Part shown: one piece after another, positions 24,703 through 34,979 of the stretch | Numbering within the stretch: the stretch's first letter is position 1 | Layout of the letters: each line of letters starts with the position of its first letter | Assembly: GCA_002269645.1 (NCBI GenBank) | Contig: NIVC01001494.1 | Location: forward strand, 142,122 to 206,121 | From: Macrostomum lignano | Lineage: Eukaryota | Length of the DNA stretch: 64,000 nucleotides | Reading direction: 5' to 3' | Program-made: the position numbers and the translations under genes | The notes under the pieces: generated by a model | What the model was told of the DNA's origin: nothing | Database searches by the model: none | The model's input: only the letters and a program-made list of their open reading frames with translations

Positions 24703-27700
24703 TAACTGACTGAATGACTGACAGGCAGAGATTTTAGTTTGATTTTAGTTTGTAGATGTTAGTTTGTACGTTTAGGACAGGCAGAGATGGACAGGCAGAG
24801 ATGGACAGGCAGAGATGGACAGGCAGAGATGGACAGGCAGAGATGGACAGGCAGAGATGGACAGGCAGAGATGGACAGGCAGAGATGGACAGGCAGAGAT
24901 GGACAGGCAGAGATGGACAGGCAGAGATGGACAGGCAGAGATGGACAGGCAGAGATGGACAGGCAGAGATGGACAGGCAGAGATGGACAGGCAGAGATGG
25001 ACAGGCAGAGATGGACAGGCAGAGATGGACAGGCAGAGATGGACAGGCAGAGATGGACAGGCAGAGATGGACAGGCAGAGATGGACAGGCAGAGATGGAC
25101 AGGCAGAGATGGACAGGCAGAGATGGACAGGCAGAGATGGACAGGCAGAGATGGACAGGCAGAGATGGACAGGCAGAGATGGACAGGCAGAGATGGACAG
25201 GCAGAGATGGACAGGCAGAGATGGACAGGCAGAGATGGACAGGCAGAGATGGACAGGCAGAGATGGACAGGTAGACCGCAAACGACCTGGCGCCAGCCGC
25301 AGGTTCACCCTGAGTCAAAGACACGCGCATCCAGATTTGCATAATCATGCATTCCTCTTCCCAGTTCCCATCTCGATTAGTCCTCAGAGGTTTTCCACAA
25401 GTTGAGTGGAAGGTCAATAATTTGGGGAGTGGGCTGGTCGGCTTTGATTGGGAACTCTCGCTGTGCTGATGGGGATGAAGCAGACAGGAGGGAAGCTGGG
25501 GGTTCGGCTGTATGAGGGGGCAGAGACTGGCAGAATGGAGGAGTCGGGGTGAGAGTCGGCCGATATATTTATGAGTTGAAGATTGAATCAGCCACTGAGC
25601 AGTTCGAAACAGTCGGGGACGGATGTAGTCAGGGGACGGATAAACAGGGAGCAGACTGAGATAAACAGGGAGCAGACTGAGATAAACAGGGAGCAGACTG
25701 AGATAAACAGGGAACAGACTGAGATAAACAGGGAACAGACTGAGATAAACAGGGAACAGACTGAGATAAACAGGGAACAGACTGAGATAAACAGGGAACA
25801 GACTGAGATAAACAGGGAACAGACTGAGATAAACAGGGAACAGACTGAGATAAACAGGGAACAGACTGAGATAAACAGGGAACAGACTGAGATAAACAGG
25901 GAACAGACTGAGATAAACAGGGAACAGACTGAGATAAACAGGGAACAGACTGAGATAAACACGGAAGAGGCTGGGGTACGCAGGGACCTTAGAAGTCAAA
26001 CAGCGAGGCTTTATGGATGCATCGGGCTGCTCACTGGTGAAGTTGGCGGGGATCCGGTACGGGATGACTCCGTGCGGCCACAGCCGCTTTTTGTCGGCCG
26101 TGGCGGCCCGCTTGAACCGCGACACGCTGCGCTCCGGGTAGGCGGCAGCCCGGCGGACCCGGCGGACCCGGCCGACCCGCTGCTGCCGGAGCCGCCGCTG
26201 TCGTCGCCGCTCCCGACGTCGCTGCCGACGCCGCTGCCGACGCCGCTGCCGCCGGCGCTCTTCGTCTGCGCCGCCGCCGCGGCCGCCTCTGCCGCCAGCC
26301 GGCCTTCGACCGCCTCGTTGCATGCGGCGGCGTCTGCCGCGCCTGCGGCTCCGGTCCCGATGTCGTGGCCGCCTGCCTCGAGGTCGCGGTGTCGTCGCGC
26401 TTGTCAACAGGTCACTGTCGATGTCGGCGAACTGGCCGAGGTGGGCCTGCAGTTCCTCGGCTGTCGTCGCCTTCTTGGCCGACGCTGGTGGTTCCTTGCC
26501 GTCCAAAACTCCATTTCGACGCAAAATCCGCACGTCATCTTCGTCAAGGGCGATGTCGCCCATGAACATCACTGCGGGACAGGGGATCGGAGTGTCGTGA
26601 CTGAGTTTTTGAGACCAATGTGAGCATGGCAGGGGACTGTAATCCCTGAGCAAGCACACGGATGCCAACACTGCTGTTTGTGTTCAGGGGACTGTGATCC
26701 CTGAGCAAGCACACGGATGCCAACACTGCTGTTTGTGTTCAGGGGACTGTAGTTTGTGTGTTTAGGAGGCTGTAGTTTGATGTGTTTAGGAGGCTGTAGT
26801 TTGTGTGTTTAGGAGGCTGTAGTTTGTGTGTTTAGGAGGCTGTAGTTTGTGTGTTTAGGAGGATGTATTTTGTTGCTTTTAGGAGGCTGTAGTTTGTTGT
26901 TTTTAGGAGGCTGTAGTTTGTTGTTTTTAGGAGGCTGTAGTTTGTGTATTTAGGAGGCTGTAGTTTGTGTGTTTAGGAGGCTGTAGTTTGTGTGTTTAGG
27001 AGGCTGTAGTTTGTTGTGTTTAGGAGGCTGTAGTTTGTGTGTTTAGGAGGCTGTAGTTTGTTGTGTTTAGGAGGCTGTAGTTTGTGTTTTTAGGAGGTTG
27101 TAGTTTGTTGTGTTTAGGAGGCTGTAGTTTGTGTGTTTAGGAGGCTGTAGTTTGTGTGTTTAGGAGGCTGTAGTTTGTGTGTTTAGGAGGCTGTAGTTTG
27201 TGTTTTTAGGAGGCTGTAGTTTGTTGTGTTTAGGAGGCTGTAGTTTGTGTGTTTAGGAGGCTGTAGTTTGTTGTGTTTAGGAGGCTGTAGTTTGTGTGTT
27301 TAGGAGGTTGTAGTTTGTTGTGTTTAGGAGGCTGTAGTTTGTGTGTTTAGGAGGCTGTAGTTTGTGTGTTTAGGAGGCTGTAGTTTGTGTGTTTAGGAGG
27401 ATGTATTTTGTTGCTTTTAGGAGGCTGTAGTTTGTTGTTTTTAGGAGGCTGTAGTTTGTTGTTTTTAGGAGGCTGTAGTTTGTGTATTTAGGAGGCTGTA
27501 GTTTGTGTGTTTAGGAGGCTGTAGCTCATATTTGAATTATTAACACTGAGGGCAGCTTTGTGGCAGATCGAAGTGTTTCCTGCGTGCAAGTCTGATGAAG
27601 CGGGGCTCGCGGCTGAGTCAGCGAGGCCGGTGCGGCATCGGAACTGCAGTAGGAGCAGCTGGGGCCACGGGGGGACGCTGGGGATTCGTGGGAGCTCGGC

Positions 27701-28336
27701 CTGTACCCGCCCGGATGTAGCCAGCCAGCCTCACCTGTCCATCGGGGCGTGAGAATTTGGAAACAGCTGGGCGAGCGAGCTGGCAGCTGCTACAGTTCTC
27801 CCCGTGTACCGAAGTGCGAGCCGCGATATTCATTTGCCATCCCGGGTCGATTTATGGCGACCCGAAGGGCCTCGCTCGGTGAGGGGGGGCGCAGGAGCCG
27901 CGTGCCGAATCACTTTTTGGAAAGACGAGTTTCTCATAGGCATCACCCGGGTCACTCACCGGAATCACCCGAGTCACTCACCGGCATCACCCCGGTCACT
28001 TACCGGCATCACCCGGGTCACTCACCGGCATCACCCGGGTCACTCACCGGCATCACCCGGGTCATTCACCGGCATCACCCGGGTCACTCACCAGCCTCAC
28101 CCGAGTCACTCACCAGCCTCACCCGAGTCACTCACCAGCCTCACCCGAGTCACTCACCAGCCTTACCCGAGTCACTCACCAGCTTTGCAGGGGTTCGCAT
28201 GGTCGTCCTCGGCCTCGGACCATGGCTTCTGCGGCTGCAGCGGTGGTGGCCGCGCCTCGGTGGGAGGCGGCGGGGCCACCGCATCGGTTTGAAGGCAGCG
28301 GACCGACAGCAGCAGCGACATCGTCTGCAGCAGCAT
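14899..28336 (-). CDS. tld/BMP1: Tolloid/BMP1 astacin metalloprotease; exons 28336-28180, 26571-26035, 24518-24222, 22972-22725, 21827-21599, 21331-21215, 20620-20475, 19993-19798, 19478-19183, 18482-18336, 17297-17010, 16730-16514, 16361-16181, 16080-15996, 15156-14899
   Basis: Signal-like [19 protein letters not shown]; NPCKA|[13 protein letters not shown]; RFKR/AATA; [19 protein letters not shown] zinc motif; SIMHY Met-turn; CUB1-CUB2-EGF-CUB3-EGF-CUB4-CUB5. All listed junctions are GT-AG and phase-compatible. The start ATG and the C-terminal tail are less certain. Confidence 0.93.
15230..15730. repeat. degenerate about 30-bp minisatellite GGGAATCCGTACTGGGGAACACCTTGC, last Tolloid intron
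   Basis: direct periodicity. Confidence 0.85.
16715..16950 (-). repeat. 39-bp tandem repeat of a Tolloid 3' splice site, 6 copies
   Basis: cccctcctcccacccccag|GTGTTCAAGCACTTCGAGAT, exon starts at 16925, 16886, 16847, 16808, 16769, 16730. Confidence 0.92.
17325..18160. repeat. purine-rich about 21-bp minisatellite GGGGCGGATGGAGTGAAGACA and variants
   Basis: direct periodicity, Tolloid intron. Confidence 0.88.
18500..19165. repeat. 57-bp minisatellite, about 12 copies, each containing CAGGTG and GTCACGTGAC
   Basis: TTAATGAGAGCAGGTGCGTCACGTGACCGGAGCTCGGTG(C/G)CCGGGCAGGGGATGAGA. Confidence 0.93.
19490..19740. repeat. 14-bp minisatellite GGGTAGGGTGAATT
   Basis: direct periodicity. Confidence 0.85.
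20020..20345. repeat. (CCTGA/TCTGA)n pentanucleotide repeat
   Basis: direct periodicity. Confidence 0.92.
20835..21200. repeat. 21-bp minisatellite GGCAGATTGCAATGATACACT
   Basis: direct periodicity. Confidence 0.92.
21430..21570. repeat. 44-bp repeat x3 with palindrome CCCAGTGAGTCACTGGG
   Basis: direct periodicity; AP-1 core at the palindrome centre. Confidence 0.8.
21965..22570. repeat. 19-bp minisatellite GAGCTGTGCCTCACTCTCT
   Basis: direct periodicity. Confidence 0.92.
23060..23635. repeat. 33-bp minisatellite ATTTGTGTCAGCACTATTCTGTCAATAAGCTAC
   Basis: direct periodicity. Confidence 0.92.
24065..24225 (-). repeat. 41/42-bp tandem repeat of a Tolloid 5' splice site, 4 copies
   Basis: GAGA|GTGAGT at 24221, 24180, 24138, 24097. 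Confidence 0.88.
24540..24722. repeat. (ACTG)n microsatellite
   Basis: direct periodicity. Confidence 0.92.
24775..25272 (+). repeat. 14-bp minisatellite GGACAGGCAGAGAT, about 35 copies
   Basis: perfect periodicity. Confidence 0.95.
25640..25960. repeat. 21-bp minisatellite GATAAACAGGGAACAGACTGA
   Basis: direct periodicity. Confidence 0.92.
26630..27525. repeat. 55-bp duplication grading into a 22-23-bp minisatellite TTTAGGAGGCTGTAGTTTGTGTG
   Basis: direct periodicity. Confidence 0.9.
27940..28184 (-). repeat. 22-bp tandem repeat of the Tolloid exon-1 donor, about 11 copies
   Basis: GCTG|GTGAGTGACTCGGGTGAG and CCG|GTGAGTGACCCGGGTGATG units. Confidence 0.88.
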
Positions 28337-28439
28337 CAGCACCCGCAGCGATGCCGCAGCCCCCCTCCTGGAACAGATGGGACTGCATCTTACACCTCAG
28401 CCTCTCTGCCTCATCTGTCATCATCTTCCTCCTACTACC

Positions 28440-28720
28440 ACTCTCTCTGCCCATCCTCTCCTCCCATCTCCCTCTTCCTCCCATATCCCATCCCGCTCTT
28501 ATCTCCCATCCCCCTCTTATCTCCCACCCCCCTCTCATCTCCCATCCCCTCTCATCTCACATCCCCCTCCCATATCCCTCTCACCCCCTCTCCCTCTCAT
28601 CTCCTACCCCCTCTCATCTCCCTCATACCCCCCTCTCCCTCCCACCCCCATCTGATCCTCTTATCCCCTCCCATCTCCCATCCCCCTCCTATCTCCCCCC
28701 TCCCTCCCATCTCCCTCTGC
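28440..28720. repeat. C/T-rich low-complexity tract
   Basis: (CTCCCATCCC)-like units. Confidence 0.75.
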
Positions 28721-29394
28721 CTTCCATCGTACTTGACAGCTCCCACAGCACTGAACTCAGGTGACTCAAATCTCATAAATCCCATCGCACACTGTGCCGC
28801 ATTGCGCAACTCAGAATTTTTCACTTCCCCAATAACCGCTCGGACTCAATCAGCCTGGAGTGGCCGAGCTGAGCGAAGACGAGGCCCGTCAGTTGGCATC
28901 CCAGGCGATCTCCGCTCAGTCATGAAATTTCCCGAATTCGTTTGGAGAAGGCACGGGGGAGGCAGGAGCTCAGGCAGACACAGCTTTCTCTCTGCCGAGC
29001 AGCCCCCGGCCGAGATGTCAGGTAACCCTCGCGCGGGATTATAAATGCTAATCCCGATCTGCAGCCTTAATCTCTCAATCTCAAGGGAACACACCGGCAT
29101 TTGAGGATCAGGATTATTGTCGGGCGAATCCCCCGAGACAGCAGCACAAAGATGCTGGGGATGCTGAAGGCATCTGGGCTTTCTTTCTAAACAGGGCGAG
29201 AAATCCTAAGGGATTAGAAAAACCTGTGAGTGAGTTAAAAATGAGTTCATGTAAGCGTGAGCGTGAGCTCATGCGCGTGGGTTCGTGTTTTCATTTCTGA
29301 GTACTTGAGTGAATTCATAACTGAGTTTATGAGTGAGATCATAAGTGAATTTGAAGAGGATCGTGAGTATAAGTGAGCTCATGGGCGAGATCAT

Positions 29395-29655
29395 GAGTGA
29401 GTGAGTGAGTGAGTGAGTGAGTGAGTGAGTGAGTGAGTGAGTGAGTGAGTGAGTGAGTGAGTGAGTGAGTGAGTGAGTGAGTGAGTGAGTGAGTGAGTGA
29501 GTGAGTGAGTGAGTGAGTGAGTGAGTGAGTGAGTGAGTGAGTGAGTGTGTGAGTGAGTGAGTGAGTGAGTGAGTGAGTGAGTGAGTGAGTGAGTGAGTAA
29601 GTGAGTGAGTGAGTGAGTAAGTGAGTGAGTGAGTGAGTGAGTGAGTGAGTGAGTG
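29395..29655. repeat. (GTGA)n microsatellite, about 65 units
   Basis: direct periodicity. Confidence 0.95.
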
Positions 29656-30204
29656 GGGCTAGCAGCTAAGGAAGAGTCATCACTGCAGCAGTGAGGCAGA
29701 TAAGATAAGCCACGCGCGGCTGAGTGTGACTATAAAAGCGTTCGGTGGCGGTAGAGCTATAAAAATGCTATATCCAATATTTTTTTAGCATCTTTTCAGC
29801 GTAGAAATTTCAGAAAAGAAACTTTCTAGGCCAGAATTTTTATGGCTCGATATTCGTAATGCAAGGGGGAGCCGGCCGAGCCGGGCAGTTCCAGCCCGGG
29901 CTCCACAGCGATACAACACGCAAGTTTGGGAGGCTGCCGGTGTGAATTACAGCGCTCTGTTTTTCTTTAGGATTTCCCGTGCACCTAATGAGAGCCAATA
30001 GCGCAGACAGCACAAGATTGATCCCCGAGGGGAGTCGGGGATCGGCTACGGCAACTGCCTGCCTCTGTAATGGTTGCTCTTTCCCGCAGCTGGAATTCCG
30101 GTCCGTCAGTGAAGGGGCTGCTTTGCACCGGACTCTGGGCCTCCACTCCATCAGCGTTTGTCACCCATCGGCAATTGTTTCCAGCGCCGATAAGACGGGC
30201 GTGG

Positions 30205-30880
30205 ATAGCATCACTCCAGCTGAGACCCTGTCAATCTGACATCACTCCAGCTGAGACCCTGACAATCTGATATCACTCCAGCTGAGACCCTGACAATCTG
30301 ATATCACTCCAGCTGAGACCCTGACAATCTGACATCACTCCAGCTGAGACCCTGTCAATCTGACATCACTCCAGCTGAGACCCAGACAATCTGATATCAC
30401 TCCAGCTGAGACCCTGACAATCTGACATCACTCCAACTGAGACCCTGTCAATCTGACATCACTTCAGCTGGGACCCTGACATCACTCCAGCTGAGACCCT
30501 GACATCACTCCAGCTGGGACCCTGACATCACTGCAGCTGGGACCCTGACATCACTCCAGCTGAGACCCTGACATCACTCCAGCTGGGACCCTGACATCAC
30601 TCTAGCTGAAACTCATTTGAAAATCCTGGAACTCATCTGGAGATCCTGAACTCATCTGGAGATCCTGAACTCATCTGGAGATCCTGAACTCATCTGGAGA
30701 TCCTGAACTCATCTGGAGATCCTGAACTCATCTAGAGATCCTGAACTCATCTAGAGATCCTGAACTCATCTGGAGATCCTGGAACTCATCTGGAGATCCT
30801 GAACTCATCTGGAGATCCTGAACTCATCTGGAGATCCTGAACTCATCTGGAGATCCTGAACTCATCTGGAGATCCTGAAC
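30205..30880. repeat. 31-bp/23-bp minisatellite (ATCACTCCAGCTGAGACCCTGAC..) followed by a 19-bp array GAACTCATCTGGAGATCCT
   Basis: direct periodicity. Confidence 0.88.
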
Positions 30881-31761
30881 AGCTAAGCTAGTTAAGTTAG
30901 TTTATTAACCGAAACTCACCTCATTATGAGCAGCATTTTCAGTGCAGGAAGTCGTTTCTTTGACTGTTTTCGACCCTTCTGTCTGGCTGTCTGACTGACT
31001 GTCTAGCTGTCCAGACAATGAATAAGCTTTAGTCATACAATTTCCACTGAGCTCCTTTCAGTACTCTACAGAGGGCAGGGGGATCCGCCTGCTCTTCTAA
31101 AGAATAAGGAAAATGGCTGGCTGCCCACAGTGCCCTGGGTGATAATAAGTTTCCCCTGTGTGGGAATACGGGCCTTGGGCTGCCGCTCCCCATCTGCGTC
31201 ATTGGCTGGCTGGTTCCTTGGGATACGGGGAGGCCTGAGTTTATAATATCCCATCTGCCAACCCCACACACCGCCTCCCCTCCCATTGCCCTCAGTGTTG
31301 TCTTGTGTGTCCCATCAAAGCCTGAGTCAATTTAGCGGACAAGCCCCGGCAGGACTTCTCGGCCGCCAGCTCAACTTTTTAGGCTAATTTTATTGATAGG
31401 CACCGGCCGTGCGGGACAGCTGGGAGAATCAGCTGGGGATGGGCCGGCGGCTCACTTAGAGAGGCAGCTGCTGGGGAAACCCGCCTGTAGGCTGTTGAAG
31501 CTGATGCGATTTTCTTTACCGGCACTTTACCGACACTTTACCGGCACCTTACCGACACTTTACCGACACTTTCCCGACACTTTACCGACACTTTACCGAC
31601 ACTTTACCGACACTTTACCGGCACCTTACCGACACTTTACCGACACTTTACCGGCACCTTACCGACACTTTACCGACACTTTACCGGAACTTTACCGACA
31701 CTTTACCGGCACTTTACCGGAACTTTACCGACACTTGACCGGCACTTTACCGACACTTTAC

Positions 31762-32759
31762 TGTAGTGAGCCGCTAGTTTATTGTTAGGCGTCGCCCTTG
31801 TCAGCCGCTCCCTTGCCCTCCCTTTGGGTTGCTGTCTGCCGCTGGTCAGCTTCCCGTCCCTTTTTCGTTTGCCTGTTGCCCCCCCGTGTCCCTTTCCGCC
31901 CTGTTGCGTCTCCGTTCTCAGCCCTCAGTCTCTCGACTGTGGGCTGTCACTGTTTCGCTTCCATCCTGTTCCTCTGTCATGTGAGCAAGTCACATGACAG
32001 CTACTGCGTTCTTTGAGTCTTAAAGTGCAGTAAACATGTTTACTGCACTCGTTGGCCCTGTTTACCGGGTGAGTCACATGCTTTCGGACCCCTCCCTTTT
32101 CTAAGGAGAGGAGTGACTCATGTTGCTAAAAATAGCAACTGAGTCACAGCCATGTGTACTCTGCCGGGGACCCTCAAGTGACGTCAGTTCTAAAAATAGA
32201 ACAAGTCACGAGGTCTTCCGCGCGCCTGTACCCTGCCCGAGACTCTCGAGTGACGTCAGTTCTAAAAATAGAACAAGTCACGAGGTCTGGAGCGTGGGAA
32301 TTTCCCGGCTATAAATAGGAGCCCTCTCCCCCTTGTTTCCGTCAAGGAGTCTTCCTTCTGTTCAACCTCGAGTTCTACGTCCGCGTGTGACTGAGTCCCG
32401 AGTGTCCGAATCTTTGCGCACATTGATTCTGTTCCTATTGCTCCGACTGAGACCTGACCAAAACCAACCCAAGTTTACGAGAGGCTAACTCCGCCCTCCC
32501 TGTACCATCCAAGCCCGGCAGGTGCTGCTGACGAGACGCCTTATACGTGAGCTGCAAATCTGCACGTCGTGCTGTGTTCGTTGACTTCATTATTTCGTTC
32601 CGACGGGAAGCTCACCTCACCGAAGGCCGAGACCTGAAGGAACTGGTGGCAGCACTACCTACGCTACTGAGAAAGTTGAGAGAACTTCCCACTGAAGAGG
32701 CCCGAGTCTGAAGGTAATCCGCAAGGGCCGAAACCGGGAAGAAACCCCATTGTACTTCA
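31762..32759 (+). mobile_element. solo LTR (998 bp), probably Ty3/Gypsy-type
   Basis: TGTAGT...ACTTCA termini, 4-bp TSD TTAC (31758-31761 / 32760-32763). It interrupts one 11-bp minisatellite that resumes on the other side. Internal TATA and a duplicated enhancer block. Confidence 0.8.
32070..32317 (+). promoter_or_regulatory. LTR U3-like enhancer/promoter
   Basis: AP-1 at 32070, 32114, 32140; MEF2-type CTAAAAATAG at 32126, 32190, 32262; CRE TGACGTCA at 32179, 32251; GGGAATTTCCC at 32296-32306; TATAAATA at 32310. Confidence 0.6.
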
Positions 32760-33398
32760 TTACCGACACTTTACCGACACTTTACCGGAACTTTACCGAC
32801 ACTTTACCGGCACTTTACCGGAACTTTACCGACACTTGACCGGCACTTTACCGACACTTTACCGACACTTTACCGACACTTTACCGGAACTTTACCGACA
32901 CTTTACCGGCACTTTACCGGCACCTTACTGGCACCTTACCGACACTTTACCGACACTTTACCGGCACTTTACCGACACTTTACCGACACTTTACCGACAC
33001 CTTACCGACACTTTACCGACACTTAACCGGCACTTTACCGGCACTTTACCGATCCGCAGACACTTTACCATTCAATCGATTGCGCACTTATTTTGACCTT
33101 CAAGCTTCTCGGCCAGACCTCGACTGACTGCTAAGCCGCGTGTTGCCCCCCCCCCACCTGCTGGGAAAGTGCAGCTCGGCAAAAGGCAGCTGATAAGCCG
33201 AACCCGTGGCTGTCTGGGAGACAGACAGATAAAGCGTTACGAACCGAAATCTCAGCTTCCTTGATCCCGCTATCTGCTGCATCCAGGGTGCATCATCTGA
33301 CAGGCCTCCGGCCCGCTGCTTGCAACTCTTCCGGCTTTGTTTAATTGCTGCGGGCTGCGGCCTGTCAAGCCCGTCTTCTCCGCCGCTGAACCGCGTAA

Positions 33399-33430
<32 letters not shown>

Positions 33431-33639
33431 TCCGCCGCTGCCTTCGCCACTTTCTCGTCTTGACTCGTTTTAGTCGCTGTAAACAACTTGGGAGATGCCA
33501 GTCACGGCTTGGGGGGGGGGCATTGCATCGCCTCTGGGAGGCTGCCAGCGCCAGCACCACTTCAAGTCCAGCCAGCTTCATTCGCAGCCAGTGCCCGTCA
33601 AAGGACCCGGCTGGCGGCCTTTTTGGCCGGATCAGCGAA

Positions 33640-34150
33640 ATCCCAACTTTCTCTTCCTCTCCTCTCCCCGCTCTCTCCCGCTCTTCCTCTCCTCTCCTCC
33701 GCTCTCTCCCGCTCTTCCTCTCCTCTCCTCCGCTCTCTCCCGCTCTTCCTCTCCTCTCCTCCGCTCTCTCCCGCTCTCTCTCTCCTCTCCTCCGCTCTCT
33801 CCCGCTCTCTCTCTCCTCTCCTCCGCTCTCTCCCGCTCTCTCTCTCTCCTCTCCTCCGCTCTCTCCCGCTCTCTCTCTCCTCTCCTCCGCTCTCTCCCGC
33901 TCTCTCTCTCCTCTCCTCCGCTCTCTCCCGCTCTCTCTCTCCTCTCCTCCGCTCTCTCCCGCTGTACCTCTCCTCTCCTCCGCTCTCTCCCGCTTTCCTC
34001 TCCTCTCCTCCGCTCTCTCCCGCTCTCTCTCTCCTCTCCTCCGCTCTCTCCCGCTCTCTCTCTCCTCTCCTCCGCTCTCTCCCGCTTTCCTCTCCTCTCC
34101 TCCGCTCTCTCCCGCTCTCTCTCTCTCTCTCCTCTCCTCCGCTCTCCCTC
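33640..34150. repeat. polypyrimidine minisatellite CTCTCCTCTCCTCCGCTCTCTCCCG
   Basis: direct periodicity. Confidence 0.9.
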
Positions 34151-34595
34151 CCAAGGACTAAATTCACCTCCGCCCGCTGTCACCCAGAGCATTTAGCGCA
34201 TTTTCTAACCAACCCAGCATTGCAGAGGCCAGTGGTGATCCGCTGACACAAAATATATGAATACTTGCTCAAGTTGTCTTTTTTGATACAGACAGGCAAA
34301 AAACAATTTAATACAAGTAGGGCTGTCAGAGACTGCAGATGCACTCCACCCCCCCCCACTGCTTCTCCTGCCCGCCTTACCCACCTGTCGCAGCAGCCGC
34401 AGTTCATATTTCGCTCTGATTTCCACGAACTCTTCATTTCTTCTCATTGTTGGAGCGCCCGGCCACGAGAGCAGCGGCCCCACCCCCGGCGGGCGCCGTG
34501 GCCATAAATTCCGAACCTCTCCGGCCCCTCTTCTCACCATCCAGCGCGGTAAAAGCTGACTAGAATTACCCACTAGTACGTGACATTTTTCTAGA

Positions 34596-34973
34596 ATGTG
34601 CCCGTCCAAGGACAGCAGCGAGAACGACTGCTGCGGCTGCTGCCCGAGGCGGCGTTGCCTGCTGGGGATGCTGATCGGCTCCATCTTCATCACCGTGCTC
34701 AGCATCATCCTGCTAGTCGTGGACCTCAACACCAGCGCCCTGGGCGGCATTGGCGGCTATGTCATGTTGGGCGTCTCCTTGGTGATGGCGATTGCCATGT
34801 TAACAGTCACCGTGGTGGCCTACAAGCCGGACGCCTGCCCCAACTGCTGCCGCGGGGGCGACAGCCAGACCTGGCCGGCAACAGAGTCCCAGGCCGGGCG
34901 CACTCGCCAAGCCAGGGCGGCGCCGGTGCAGCGGAAGGGCGGCGAGGCCGGCGGCTACCCGCCCAGGTGGTGA
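34596..34973 (+). CDS. small two-TM protein with flanking Cys clusters, family not recognised
   Basis: True ATG preceded by tttctag; strong GC3 codon bias like the other genes; CCGCC..C - TM - GGIGG loop - TM - CPNCC. Confidence 0.7.
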   Translation: MCPSKDSSENDCCGCCPRRRCLLGMLIGSIFITVLSIILLVVDLNTSALGGIGGYVMLGVSLVMAIAMLTVTVVAYKPDACPNCCRGGDSQTWPATESQAGRTRQARAAPVQRKGGEAGGYPPRW

Positions 34974-34979
34974 CGGCCC

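Larger units (their letters stand above)
31515..33050. repeat. 11-bp minisatellite ACCGACACTTT split by the solo LTR (31515-31761 and 32760-33050)
   Basis: same unit on both flanks. Confidence 0.9.

Noticed and set aside
24734-26671. 645-aa ORF as a single protein
   Set aside because: Only 26571-26035 is Tolloid exon; the rest is read-through of intronic repeats.
28336-28370. SL-AUG initiation for Tolloid at acceptor 28368
   Set aside because: The acceptor is 31 nt from the ATG, so a leader AUG would be out of frame; Tolloid has its own in-frame ATGs.
33100-34246. Poly-Ala ORF and Glu/Arg-rich ORFs
   Set aside because: Explained by a (CTG)n tract and a polypyrimidine array; no homology or consistent splice structure seen.
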